Shown here one piece after another: positions 1 through 49,900 of a stretch of DNA of 64,000 nucleotides. The DNA is taken from the NCBI GenBank assembly GCA_964036045.1, contig OZ038378.1, positions 162,006,001 through 162,070,000 of the forward strand, written 5' to 3'. The stretch's first letter is position 1. The number at the start of each line of letters is the position of its first letter. The notes under the pieces were generated by a model. The model was given only the letters and a program-made list of their open reading frames with translations, searched no databases and was not told the DNA's origin. This DNA comes from Eutreptiella sp. 'Long Island Sound 2002' (Eukaryota > Protista > Euglenida). The position numbers were made by a program, and so were the translations under genes.

Positions 1-635
1 GGGGGAAATGAACCACCACCTTGACCGTGGTGCACGCTGTGCACACGGCATACACATACACACATACACATGCACATACACATACACACACACAATTTGC
101 GAAAGCAAGCACAAAGCGTTTTTGGCTGAGTGAAAAATCCTCTTCAGTTGGTCATCAGACAAGACAAACAGAGCACGTCCGACGCCAACAGGCGCCTTTC
201 TGCAGGCGCCTTTCTGTAGTACAGGGAACGGAGGCAAGGATTACCAGACCCCAGGCGATGGTAAGCTACCCGATGCTGCCTCTGGCGTCCCGGATGCAGC
301 CGGAGGCCTGCAGCAAACAAAGCTAGGTGGCAGCTTCAGAGCCGCCTCAGGTTGATGGGCTTGTGCTGGATCCCTCACCTGCCCGCACCCTGCACCACTT
401 CAGCCCCCCGAGGAGTGTGGTACACTAACAATCGACTTTGAGATTATGTTTCAAACAGGGGGTAGAGGAACAGCAGAAGTACACCGTCACCAGTGCACTA
501 CACACGCACATTGTGCTACTGGCGGCATTGGCAGCCTGTGTCTTGACAGGTAGCATTCTGCAAAGGTTCAATGCAGGCAAAATCTTCATTCCAGGCCCCG
601 TTTATGCCGTCTATACTCAGCTATGGGGGTAACAT

Positions 636-1860
636 TCATGACGTGTATGCTGTGCCCGCCCAGATGGCATGTTTCTTTAACCATGCTTTCACTTTGGCCA
701 GTATAATGCACCGTTTGGTTGGCATGTGATGCACAACTGAGTGGGCACACTTGACAGTCCCTTGCACAGCGTGGGGGCTGGTTTCATATGAGCGGTGTAT
801 ACCTTTGTGGATGGCATGCATGGCTATCGCTTTTTTGTATCCCGACAGCAACATGACCTGTAGCCATGCCAGCGATGAAAGGATTTGGCCCAACCATGTG
901 CGTGTCCACGTGAGGCCATTCCTCAGTACACCAGTCATGATGTTTCCCAGTTACCCTTGGTACGCAAGGGTGGGGGACATCAGGGGAGCATTTAAGCGGA
1001 GGGACCAATCAGGTTTAAGCGCCGCTGGTTCACTGAAGGCACATCCCTCCCCTGGGGACACAAAGTCATTACCACTCCCACCGCTTTCCTGACTGGACCA
1101 CAACAGCATCTTGTGCACTTGTTCTGTTGGGGAGTAATACAGTCGCACTCCACTTCCAGACCCCAGGCAATCTTCACGATTGTCCTAATATTTTCAATGA
1201 GCGCTGCCTGCTTTGCTTCGGGGCAGTCGGTGGCGATTAAAATGTTATCCCTGAATTGACACATGGCCACTCTTCCCCACCGTCCTTCCCACAATGGAAA
1301 CCCTTCAGGCGAAACCGTGAGTGCACCTGGCTGGCGGAAAAGGCCCCTGTGTTGATACACTCGCTGGACTGAGTGAATGTTTGCCCCTTGCGCACTGAAG
1401 GGGCCTCCCATCGGGATGCAATTTGTGCGCACCCACACCGTACCTGCCGCCCAACACACGTTGCTTTTACTCAGCTCATGTCTGACAATTGCAGTCAACT
1501 GTTGGTGGGTGATATATTTGAACCCTGCTACTGTTGCTTTTCCTGCCCGGTCCAGCGCACTGTGCATATGGTGTACAAACTAGATTACCTCAGGCATGCG
1601 CCATCTGCGCTTGGCACTGAGCCAGGCAGATGCCTTATCCATGTGATCCTCCACATCTGCCGGTTGTACATAGTTGAACTGTTCCTTGCAGTCGAGTTCA
1701 GTGACTGTGTGCAACCCCTGACCCCCCGCCCATTGGAACCACGCCGCAAAGTCGGTGATGCACACATACACACACATACGTTGAGAACCGCGAGACAAGA
1801 ACAAAGCAAGAAAAGCGGTTGAAAGAAAACTCCTCACGAACAGCGAACACACACACACAC
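636..1860 (-). mobile_element. Degraded Penelope-like reverse transcriptase fragment
   Basis: Motif A-like ELDCKEQFNYV, motif B-like CIPMGGPFSA, motif C-like CQFRDNILIA; frameshifted. Shares a terminal motif (aagcaagaaaagcggt.gaaagaaaactcct) with the 11.7-14.3 kb copy. Confidence 0.55.
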
Positions 1861-2290
1861 ATACACTTACAATTACCCACAAACATGCACACATGCACAC
1901 ATGCATACCAAAATACACACACACACACACCCAGTTATGAGGGCCAGGAATTGGGGACGGTTAGTTGAATTCCAATGTTCCACGGCTTGACACCACACCC
2001 CGCCCAACACACACGGCCAGTGCAGACTGCAAATCATAAACTGGCCCATACCCGCACTCACACCATCGGAAATGCGTCTTCACACGTTGTAGGGGGATGT
2101 AAACACATCCCCACACATTGTATGCACGCGCGCACTGCAAACAGGCATGCACAAGCGACACATGAAGAAGAAAAGCACAGTGAAGGTTGCGCGCAAGACG
2201 GCAAGAATGGAACCCAGCCACAAACATACGCACATGCGCACACATACCCCCATGCGCGCACGTGCACGGAAGCGACCAAGCACAGCGCAC

Positions 2291-39119
<36,829 letters not shown>

Positions 39120-39639
39120 CTGTACACACGAAGATAAAGAAGATCACAGGGGTGCACTGTGCATTGTGCACGCGCTGCGCGAAAAGTCGGCTGTTTTCCA
39201 CCGCCGGTAGCCACGGGTCCCAGGGGCCTGAATTCTGCACCCCCGATGCTGTTTTGAATGGATCATGCACGCTTCTGTGGGTGGGTGGTTGTCAAGGGTG
39301 TTCCCGGAAGGAGATCATTTTAAGCAGCTATAGTCCATGGGGCCATCACCATATCTACACGTAACCTGACATCAACAACAGGCCAACATGGTGGTTAGAC
39401 TGGCTCGACCCTGTATGACAAGAGGCTCCTTCCATAGGGCAATTTATGTTTGCTCAGTGGATGCTCGGCCATGAACCACCTGGTCCTCCGGGGACCTGTC
39501 TACCTGCATCATAGTATACAGCATAGTCGAATGTGAAGGGGAAGGCAGGGGGATCCAACCGCTAGCATAGCCTGGCAGCTCAACAAAGCTGCGAACCCAC
39601 CGTGCCGGTGGGTCTTCTACACAGAGCCCCGACGGGGCA

Positions 39640-42280
39640 AGTCCTCAGTTGCATAACATCGCCTCTGCCACCGGAACTGCAAATTCGGTGAGGTCACTGG
39701 GCCCAGAACCACGGGTCATAGGATCAAGTTTGGGGAAGTTCCGGTTCGACGGCGACCCTGGCATCGCCTCCAGGTGCACTGCATATTCTGATGAATCGGC
39801 ATTCTCATCGCTCAACTGCGTGGGGTCAGGGGAGGATACATGAGGAGGGGAAGGGGCATGGGCAGCGGCGGCAGCCGCAGACAAGGGCGCTAGTTCAACC
39901 GGCAGTAGGGAGTCCTGAATGTCATCCTCTTCTTCCCCTGAAGTGCACGCCGGTGACCATTCAGTCATCGGAGACGCCCGCCTAGAGTGCCAGCTGGATG
40001 TGCCAGCCGGTGACCATCGCGTGGAGAGGGTCATAGGCGACAAGAAAGGGGGCGAGGGGTTCTGTCGCAGCATCCCTTGGATCCCCACTTGTGCGCGACA
40101 CTCTCGTCGAGGAGTGGGAGGGGGGGTGGTCCCCTAGTGCGGGGTTCAGCTCATGACTTGTCCCCCATTTGTTCCCTGTTGAAGTTGTAGGGGGTCGGGG
40201 CACTTGCACTGTACTGCCTGTGGATTGTCTCACATCAATGCGTGTGGGTTTCGTCGTTACATGGAACCTCCCACTCAATGGGGTCCCAGTGTGTTTTGTG
40301 CTTTTTCGGTAGCGGTTGTAGGGGAATTTCCCACAAAGTGGGGTGCCAGTTTTCCCGTGGTCTCTTCATACGTAGGAACTGTTGTCGTCTCAGATGCAGA
40401 GTTTGTGAGCTATACAAGTCGCCCTTTGTCCGTTCTGCGTGGTCCTGTATGGCCAGGCGTTGGGTCCAGTGGTGTGCGTTGTTGTATATCTGTTGTGCAT
40501 ACCCTGTCCATCGGTTTCCGTAAGTCTGTAGACGGTGCAGGTGGTGTAGGTATCTTGTGTGCAGCCCCACCGCTGTTGCGCTGTCCAAATATGAGGTAAG
40601 GGCATGATGTTTGGCTGTGTGGTATGCCTCCCGTGAGTGGGCAACATACTGCTGCCATCTCTAGTGGATGCGCATGAGGCTGATTTCGTCCCTCAGGCGC
40701 GCGTCCACCAATTTGTGGTAGTCCCGTTTGGCCCTGAGAGCATTGTCGTACATCGACTGAAGGTCACGCAAGTGTTTCATGGCGTGCGCGCATGTTGCTG
40801 CAGTGAGGTACGTGTGTGTTGTGGCGTGCAGGTGTTTGCGGGCCAGGTCCTCCACACGCCTTAGCGTGGTGGTCCCGCAGTTGTGCATCGCATTAAGTGC
40901 CGCTTTTGTTGTTGTGTCGTGGTTGTTTCCTGGTGGAGGATTGTGCGTGTGAACCATTGCACAACCTCGTGGTCGTTCGCTTGATGTGCCTCGTGCAGCC
41001 AGGTGTCCACGTCGATCACGGGTTGGTCGTCTGAGGTGCTACGTTTACGCTTGCGGGTCTGTCCGGTTGGTGCACACACCATGTTCCGTAGGTTTTGTGG
41101 TGTTCCGCGTGGTATGTAGTGTTGTGCATTGAAGCGTGTAATCCACAGGGGGGATGGCGGCAAATCGGGTGTAGGGGCAACTAACTGCCGTCGTAGCCCT
41201 TGTACGCCCAACATGGCTCGGAACTGAAACAAACCAGCCACCGAGCGGAGTTGATGGCGTTCATGCTGAGGTATCGTGTCCAGTAGAGAATTGGGGATGA
41301 GTAGGTGTGCGCACAGTCACCTGTCGTGTTCCGGGGCTGTGAACAGCCAGTTTTTGGCGTAGGTTGCCCACTCGTTCCACCACTTCTCCCACTCGGTCCA
41401 GAATATTGCCCACGAAGGGCAGTGCACCAGCCGCATTTGCACCGAGCTCCCGTGTGTAAGGCCGCAGGAGCCACACATGGTTGGGATGCGCCCCCAAGGT
41501 GCTCCCTGCCCCCACCAGCGGACCTGGCCCCACAGCCAAGGGAGCCATGTGGACCGCTGGTAACATTTCAAAGGGATCCAACTGATCCAGTGTACGTATG
41601 TTGTTTGTTTTTGGCGCCGTAATTGCATAATCCATGACTTGGCCGCAGTTGGCATCATGTGGCTGTGGAGTACTGTGTCGTGTGGTTGGGGCGGCAGTGC
41701 ATCCATGGGTAGGTTGTCGCCCATGTTTGCCAGGGCATCAGATTCATTGTTACCTGGTGTGTCCATGTAGTCCTGGTATGTGGTTGCGTTGCGCATGTCG
41801 CGGTGCCCAGGTGTCCATCGTACCGTCAAGTTTTTAGTGGTTACATTGCGGTAGCCCGAGTCGTGGTAGTCTTGGTCTTTTACTACGCCCCTGTGAACTG
41901 GGGTGGCCTTCACCACCCCCTGGTTGTCATGCACGATCTCGTCCCCTGGCTGTGCTAATTCAGAAGCCACGGCACAAGCCATGGTTTCTGCCCTATACAC
42001 CAGCTGGGGCCGTGCACGTGGAAGGCGGCACGAAAGTCTCCGTTGCTGATACCTCCCCCTGCTCTACCGTAACGTTTCGGGCCGTCGGTGTACAAAACCT
42101 GCTGCGATGGATCAAGGACCGGGTACTTATTGTGGTACTGGCTTGGGTGGGGGAAAATTGGCTTGCGCGGGCGGGGGGTCGTTGGAGCCCCTTTCCCGGA
42201 CCCCCCCCCCCTCCTTGGCTCCCGTGACGGGGCCTTGAAAAAGGTCATAGATGGTGGCAAAAAAAGTTGAACTTCCATTG
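39640..42280 (-). mobile_element. Degraded, probably composite LINE 3' region with RNase H
   Basis: VLYTDG, YRAE, HDNQ, RWTPGH, GNNESDALA form an RNase H motif set; a CGSCGLTH knuckle follows; many stops. Confidence 0.65.
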
Positions 42281-42397
42281 ACGGGGGGGGGGGGGGCAGC
42301 AGTGGTGGTATTTATGTCCGGTTAGAGAGAAACACACAGTTTGGGTTTCCGTCATTAGCAGACTTGGATGCAAGCAGTGAAGAGGCACTGTTTCACT

Positions 42398-42575
42398 GCG
42401 CCTGGCAGTGGCCGAGTGGCAGTGCAGCTGACGTCAGATTTTTTGGTCGGCGGTTCGAACCCCGTTCAGGTGCACATGCCGGCGGTGCCGCCGGTGGCAT
42501 TTCGCTGGCAGGGATTCGAACTGACGACCGCAAAAAATGTGTGTGCCTGCGCTACCATTCGACTATGCGTTGTTG
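42398..42575. other. Two tRNA-like units in inverted orientation around a central palindrome
   Basis: Plus unit: GCGCCTG/CAGGTGC acceptor-like stem, tggccgagtgg, ggttcgaaccc. Minus unit: tagtcgaatgg, agttcgaatccc. Centre: ccggcgg-tg-ccgccgg. Confidence 0.5.
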
Positions 42576-43585
42576 CAGTAGAAATGTGCATCCCCATTGC
42601 TTGCACCCTTCTGACTACAAATTATTACACCATGCCTTGGGGTATGCTACGTGAATGACCCCAAAAAAGGGGGGTATACAACGCCCACGCCCGCGCTTGA
42701 TCTAACAACCTCTCTTCAAGGTGATTGGTACTTTACCAAGGGTTCTGTCACAGGAGCCCCATTGCCAGACCCCCCCCCCCACCCTCCTTCGGGGGGCTCC
42801 CACGACCCCCCCCCCCGCGCAAGCCAATTTTCCCCTCGCCCTTCATTGAAGGATATTGCCTCTACTACATATGCTTTGCAGGGCAACAGAGTCCCATCGA
42901 CCTACGAAGCACCTGGGCACGTCCTACCATGGTGCAATACACTGGCAATGGAGTGGACTGTTGGTTTGCACTCAAGGTTGTGGACCGGGGTGAGAATCCT
43001 GGAACAGTGCTTTGCCGGTACAGTGGGACTGAAATGAAAAAGCAGGCGAAGGGCATGCTATGCAGTACTTCTTCAAGGCGGCAGAAAACTGAAGTCGCAT
43101 CAGAGCTCCTTGTCTAGACACCCCCCGTCTCTGAAGCAACTGAAAGCCGGTCTCCCAGAACGCATGTGCGGCCCCCGAACAACCGTACAGGAATGGCGCA
43201 TGGTGACGTAGGGGCACGGGGGCACAAGGCGAAATGGCCTGGCAGCTTCTCCGCCTTGGGGCAAACGGGCTGGGCTGTGGGGGGATGACAGCACCGAGGG
43301 GGACTGCATCCGGTGGAGGTTTTAGTGTAGGACGGGGGGGGGGTGCATCGGGGGGGTGCATCGGGGGGGTGCCAGACTCGTGCAGCACACAGGCTGCCAA
43401 ATAAATGCAGTTCACCGGACATAAAATGTGTGCTTCACACGGGCTGCCAGACAAGTGCACCACACAGGCTGAATGCACCACACCGCTCGCATTCATAGCC
43501 ATTCTCTTCACTTCTGGGCATCTCCCTGCCTCTGGCATCTAGTGTCTCGGCATCATGTGGCACGCGAGGCACCCAATGCAGGGGC

Positions 43586-45086
43586 TCACGGAGGATTCTC
43601 ACCTGAGATAATGCCGAGGGCTTGGTCGATGTAGTTGACGACCTGCTCGAGCGGGGTGATTACCCAAGCGTGGTGGCCAAAGAAGTGACCCTCAACAGCT
43701 GAACCCTTAATGTAGTGCGAGCCACCTTGTCTTGTAAACTGCTCGTAGTCCGCCTGATAGTATTCACTAGGCCAGATCTCCACAACCACAGAGCCTGGTC
43801 GCAGAAAAAGGGTGTTCCAAAGGCCAGAGCTGTGCACGCTGACGGCAACTTGTGTTTTGCTCATCAACTGTACAACACTATTGAGATCCAACCCGTTTAA
43901 ATCGGTGTTGATGATCTCATGATTGGGATAACGCTTCACCAGTTGCTGTGCAATCTGTGAACTATTCACCCAAAGGCGCTTGCATGTGCAGCACTCGCAG
44001 CGCGGATTGTAAGCGCAGTTCCTCGGCATAATCCAGATCTTGTTCCGGCGTCCGTCTTCTGGTGCCAGTGAGGCACGCACACGTTCAGCCATGTCTCTGG
44101 CAAAGCGGCTCAGCCCTACATCCTTGTCAAACCACTTATACCCGTATTCTGACGTCGAAGAGTAGTATGCATTGATGAAGACAGTTCTGGGCACAGGCAC
44201 ATCTTCAGGTGTGAAAATGTGTTTGAGACCCCAGGCCCTCATGTGCTCTCGGGTAACGTTGAGGATCTGCAGATACCATGAGATCTGTTTGTCATGCGCA
44301 TTGCAGTTGGTGCCCTCGGCCTGTATGTCAAGGTCAAACTTGGAACCACCAATGGTGAAGGTGTACTTCTTTGCCATCGCCTGAGTTGAGTTCCCGTCCG
44401 CACTCCTCAGGCGCATTCTCGGGGTGCTACAGAGCCGCTGGGGAGCTGCGAACCTGCCATCTCCCTCCAGCACATCGCATGAAACCTGTTGGTCCGGCAG
44501 TTCGGTGTCCACCAACAGGAGCTGGATGTCCTCAAAGGGAACACCTGTGAGTTCGCTGACGATGGACGCCGATCCGAATGCCCCAAGAAACACACTCCGG
44601 AAGGTTTCGCCGAAAGTCCTTCCCGCAAATGGCACAAGTACTGTTGGTTGAGCGTTCCTTGGGGCCAGGGTGCACTCGGGGTCGTCCGTGCCATTCAGGA
44701 TGTCGAGGGAGTAGCGGCGACGACCCAGATGTTCCTTAAACTGAAACTTGGACGGGCATCCTTTCGGGATGGAATCCGCGCATATGGCTGCCGTTGATCT
44801 GGTGACCTTGACTGATCCCGCCAACTTGTATAGACGGTGCACCGACCTCGGTCTGCTTGTTGACATGGCGAAGGTTGGATCGTAATCCTGGAACATGTAC
44901 TTCTGGGCGCTGACCACATCCTGCAGCACGTTGCACTTTGCACTCTGCGGTTTTTTTTTTGAATTTAGGACCTCGGTCTTTGCTCAAAGACAGCTTGTTG
45001 TCCACCCCGTGGGTCCAAGGGATGACTGTGCAGGCCACCAGCAGGGCAAACCAAACTCTCACTGCACTTGGCCAATGCTTCGTCAT
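43586..45086 (-). CDS. Intronless glycosyltransferase family 61 (DUF563)-like protein with N-terminal signal/anchor; one apparent +1 frameshift
   Basis: ORF 43586-44929 has VQLMSKTQVAVSVHSSGLWNTLFLRPGSVVVEIWP, the GT61 HGAGLTN...F..PG..VVE motif. ORF from 45086 gives a hydrophobic N-terminus (VWFALLVACTVIPWTHG). Removing one T from the T10 run at 44951-44960 fuses them into about 500 aa. Confidence 0.8.
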
Positions 45087-46140
45087 TTGCCCGCTGCAGC
45101 TAGTTTTTACATCCCATCCATTGACTTCCCCTGAGAGTGTATCGACACCAGGTGCATGGCATGGTCACACAACAACAACGCAACACTGACACACTGGCTG
45201 TGAAGAACGAAGACCGAGTCGCCCAGCTGATGAAAAATGGTGTTGACCGAGCACAAGCTGGCCGTGGAAATGGTCAAACATACACCATAATTTCAATGCT
45301 GTTCGACAATGAGAACCTCAAGCACGCCCTGTGCGCAAGGCTATTGTGCTTCGCCTGGGATGTGCTTGGCTGAGGACGATTGTTTGGACTATATTGCTGA
45401 TGATGACAATGTTGCTGTAATGCCCACCTGTGATGGACCTCAATATTATGCCATTTGGCAATGTGGAGCGAATTGTGGCTTCCAAATCTATTTCACAAAA
45501 TTGACGAGGCATGCTTCTTGAACAATTTGAGCAAGGTAACAAGCAACTAGTTTTGCTGGACGATGGTAAGGTGCTGTTCTTCTTGCAGTGGTATGAGGAG
45601 CCAGGCAACTGACATATTCTATCAACCAGTCACAGGAATGGCAAACACAGCTTCTATTGCTTGCCCCTCGATGTGCAAGAACCATTTAGTAGGGTGTCAA
45701 ACTTACAAATTTATCACTCTGCTTCAAATGAACAAGGTGCGAAATGCTTTCGCGGCTGTACACTATCCTAGCCGAGGAACTCAAAGTCTTATGGCCAAGG
45801 CTGAGAAAGCAAGCACACCTGGCCAAAATGCTGGAGGAACAATAGAAATTGAATATTGCTTTATTAGTATACTTGCCCGTCATATATCGCACAAAGTCAC
45901 CCCCCTTACCTCGAGGGTAAGGGGGGGGGGGGTCAGGGGGGAGGAGGGGGGGGGGAGGTAAGGGGGGCATGTTTGGAGATGAGGGGGGGGATATGGGGGT
46001 GAGGAGGGGGGGGGTAAGGGGGGATGGGTTTGGTTTGGTTTGGACAGCACCCGGCCCGTGGTCTGTGGTGTCTCTCTGACTGTGCACACCCGACCTAAGG
46101 CATGGAAATGCAGGTATATTCGTCGCTCCTCATGCAACAA

Positions 46141-46474
46141 CCGCCGTTCTCTCCCCTGGCCTCTAGACTCTGGGCTGAGCTCTATCGTTGCTCACACACT
46201 CTAGTAGCGCACCAGGGTTTGAACCGAAGACCGCATTTCGCTCCCCTGGCCTCTAGACTCTGGGCCGAGCTCTGTCGCTGCTCAGCGGCTCCAATAGCGC
46301 ACCAGGGTTTGAAACGACAACCGCATTTCGCTGCCCTGGCCTGTGGACTTTGGGCTGCGCTTTGTTGCTTGCTCACCTGCTCCAATAGTGTGCCAAGGTT
46401 TGAACCAACGACTGCCGTTCTCTCCCCTGGCCTCTGGACTCTAGGCTGAGCTCTGTCGCTGCTCACCCGCTCCA
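46141..46474. repeat. 90-bp tandem repeat, about 3.7 copies
   Basis: Units start at 46141, 46231, 46321 and 46412; minus strand carries ggttcaaacc in each full unit. Confidence 0.85.
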
Positions 46475-46962
46475 GTGGGGGATCAATGGTCGGTACTGAT
46501 AGACTGAATGTCCCCGCCATAGACACTTTCAGCCATTAGTCCAGATGTTCACAATCGTAAAAGAACACAGCGTGTCCCCTTCTTGGTTGGGGTGCTCCAC
46601 TATCTATGTACATCTTGTATTGATATGTACAAGTTGTCGGTAGTACTGGCGCTGAACAGTAGGCACTGCGAACCTGCAATCAATTGTGCTGAGTCAGTGG
46701 ACCCTTCCATATAAGCGGCGCCCTAAGAAAACGGGTCCAGTAGTGCTCCAACGCTCCAGTAGTGTGCCAGGGGTTGACTCTGATCAACGGATCGCCGTTG
46801 CTTGCCCGCCAACGCCACGTCACGTTGCGGTGCCGGCACCACGCCAACGCCGTTTTCACCCTCGGCACTGCTTCCGCTTTCTGCAATGCCATCGTGGGGA
46901 TGCGGCCGCCCTAGCCACTGTCGGTCCTGATCAATGTGTGCCGAGCCGCATACATCATCCTC

Positions 46963-49900
46963 ATGACCTCATCATCTTCTTGGACGGACGGGCCAACCCG
47001 CAGCTGCTGGGGAAGGTATGGGAAGTGGTGTCCTGCTTTGGACAGTTTTCTGGGCTGAAGGTCAACCTGAATAAAACGGCGGCGATAGTTCGCAACTGTG
47101 GGGGAATGGAGTGGGCGAGGTGCTTTCGGGACATTGGGGTGGACGTCAAAAACTTCGTCAAGTATCTGGGTGCACGCTTGGGGAATATACGGCACCACCA
47201 GGATGACCAGGGATGGGGGCTGACAATAGAGCAGGCTTTTGCACCAGCACTGCAAGAGGCCTTTCGTCGCGCACGGGTGGTATCCGGGCTGCAGTTGTCG
47301 ATGGATGAACGTGCCTTCATGCTGACATCATGGATCCTGCCAGTTGTGGTTTGGGTATCCAAGGCATACTATGCCCCAGTCCCAGTGATCAGGCAGCTGA
47401 AGCTGGTGTACCACGTGACCATGGGCACCAACAGTAGGGGAATCACTCTGCCAATCCTCTCACGGCCACGGACGCAAGGGGGACTGGCGCTGCCGGAGCC
47501 AGAGCTGTTTCTCATGCACCAGGCAGCGGCTATGTTCGTCAGCCTCTTGGGAGAGCCTCACAAGTATCCCAACAAGGCAGTGGAGACCTTCTATGCATGG
47601 GCGACAACCATCGGGTTCACACCGTCCAAAGACAACCTCCCATATATCCAGCTGGGCATGGTCCGGACGGCGGAGCTGACGTTCTTGGGATGGTTGGCAA
47701 AGGCACACTCATATATCCAACGGGTGGCCCCACAGGTGGCCCCCCCGGCAAACCGGGACCAGCTGCCAATGTGGCACTCTGTGTACTTCCGAAATGAGTT
47801 CAACTGCTCCTACTACAACATGAAAATGATCCGGCAGGGAGTGTTGACGTGGGGTCAATTGCAATCCTTGGAAGACGTGAGGCTGTTGAATGCTCTGCCT
47901 CGAACATGGAAAGGGCTGTACAATCATGGCGGACGACTACTCAATAAAGTCCCGTCACAAGGGGGGTTTGATACCCCCGCAGTCCACGCCCAAAATTGGA
48001 CCAGGGCATGGCTGCTTCAGTTCTACGCCTCTCAGCCGGGGGTCCGCGACCCACAAACACCGGAGGTATGGGAGCAATGGGCACAAGCGAAGCTACCGCC
48101 GAGGGTGCGGGACTTTGCGCAAAAAGTGCTGTGGCACAAACTGACCGTGCATGCAAGAGTCTACAAGAGGTCGGGCACGGACAAGTGCCCGGTGTGCTCT
48201 CAAAAGGAGACGGTCAAGCACGCGATGGTCGAGTGCTCCATGTTTAAAGCGGCGGCGGCGGTGATACAGCACTAGTATGGCCCGGTGGAAACTGGGAACG
48301 GGAAGTCTGCAGTCCGAGACATGATGGAATCCGACCGCCAGGAGTGGTTGCTGAACACGAATCAAGGCTGGGCAATGTGGTCGGCAAGAAATGCCCACTG
48401 GCGATACCGATGCGAAGTCAAAGCAGGAGCATCACCGGTGTTCACACCGTACCTAACAACCTGGCTTAGGGAGCTGTGTGAATGGGTGGGGTTTTACTCA
48501 AGAGAGCGCAGGGAGCAGTGGAGAGGCTTCCAGTAGCCACTGGAGCAACTTCGAGATACCGGAGTGCAGCCGCGACAAGGGGAAGTACGAGTACATGGGG
48601 TATTGAGTGCATGGTGACAAACACACACCGAGTGCTTCACGCAAGAGCGCACAGCCGACAAACACGGTTGGCATAGGGAAACACAATCACGCCCGAAGCG
48701 CCCGAGGCAGGCAGGCCCGGGAGTGCTACAAGGAGTGAAGGATCTGATTGCAGACTTGGTTGCAAAGGGTTACAGGATTGTGTACACGGACGGGTCATCA
48801 AAAAGACTGGGCCACAAGGACATGCGCAGGGCCGGTGGCTTTGGCGTATTCGCAGCGGAAGATGAGCAAGGGCCTGAGGTGCGTTTCTGCGGCTACGTAC
48901 CGACACGCCACAGGCAAACAAACAACGGAGCGGAGCTTTGGGCAGCACTGGAAGCCCTACAGGGGTTCTGGGTGCCAAAACTGGCAATCCTCACCGACTC
49001 ACAGTACCTGCAACTGGGAGCGACCGGCAAGGCCCAACACTGGAAGTCAAAGGGATGGACAACCACGTCTTGTAAGCTGCAGGTCCACGTTCCCGTCTGG
49101 GAAATGCTGCTCCAGGAAATGGCGACGCCAGGAAGAGAAGTCAGGTGGGAGCATGTCCTAGCACATGTCAACGTGCAGGGGAATGAGGTGGCAAATGGAT
49201 TGGCGATGGAAGGCATGTGCTCGAGCCCGCTGTGGTCTCAACATGTTGCACAACAGTCATCATCAGGGTCGGAATCCACGGTAGGGTTGAGGGGAGGATC
49301 AGGATCCGAATCAGAGGACACCAAAGCACTTTGGTCATCCCTGGGTATGGTACCCATGGATAGTGATGAGCTGACAGAGGAAGCACCCGGGGAACCAGCA
49401 CCACGTGGAATGGGTCCATACACCTCGAGCAGTTCGGAAAGTGAGGACATAAGGACAGGACACACACACTAGGGAGGATTGTTGAATGAACTGTTTGCAG
49501 CGGAAACACTGTCCTTCAGCACAGATGTGAGCGACACCAGGCGGCAGCGTAAGAGGCGAAAGCCCAGGAAAAGCAGGAACCTAGGACAGGGTCGATAACG
49601 ACAGAGCCTGTAACCCCTGCATTCTGGTGCGGATATCTCACAGGTTTCAAGCCCAACAATGCCTGCATGTCTGAAACCTGCGTTCTGACGCAGAGCTTTT
49701 CGTCACAAGAGCCGCGTCCTGTCGCGGCGTGCAGCAGCACACAGCAGTGACAACAACAGCGGCTGAACTCCGGCACACACCCCGCGTCCTGTCGCGGAAG
49801 AGCTTCCGGGCGTAATGCCGCCGGGAAGGACATGGAAGGAGCAGGGACCATGTCAGCAACGGCATGGCCCTTACACACAAATCCAGCCAGCCCCAAAGAA

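Noticed and set aside
1961-2290. Continuation of exon 16 to the stop at 1961
   Set aside because: After CAG|GTGCGC the sequence becomes TG-repeat-like and intron-like. A donor is more likely, with the next exon outside the window or undetected.
42398-42474. Functional tRNA gene
   Set aside because: Acceptor stem and boxes are present, but the anticodon arm is a loopless palindrome (ctgacgtcag) and the T-arm is mispaired.
45137-45961. Gene or transposase on the plus strand upstream of GT61
   Set aside because: Short broken ORFs in changing frames with no motif I can recognise; possibly a decayed element, but unsupported.
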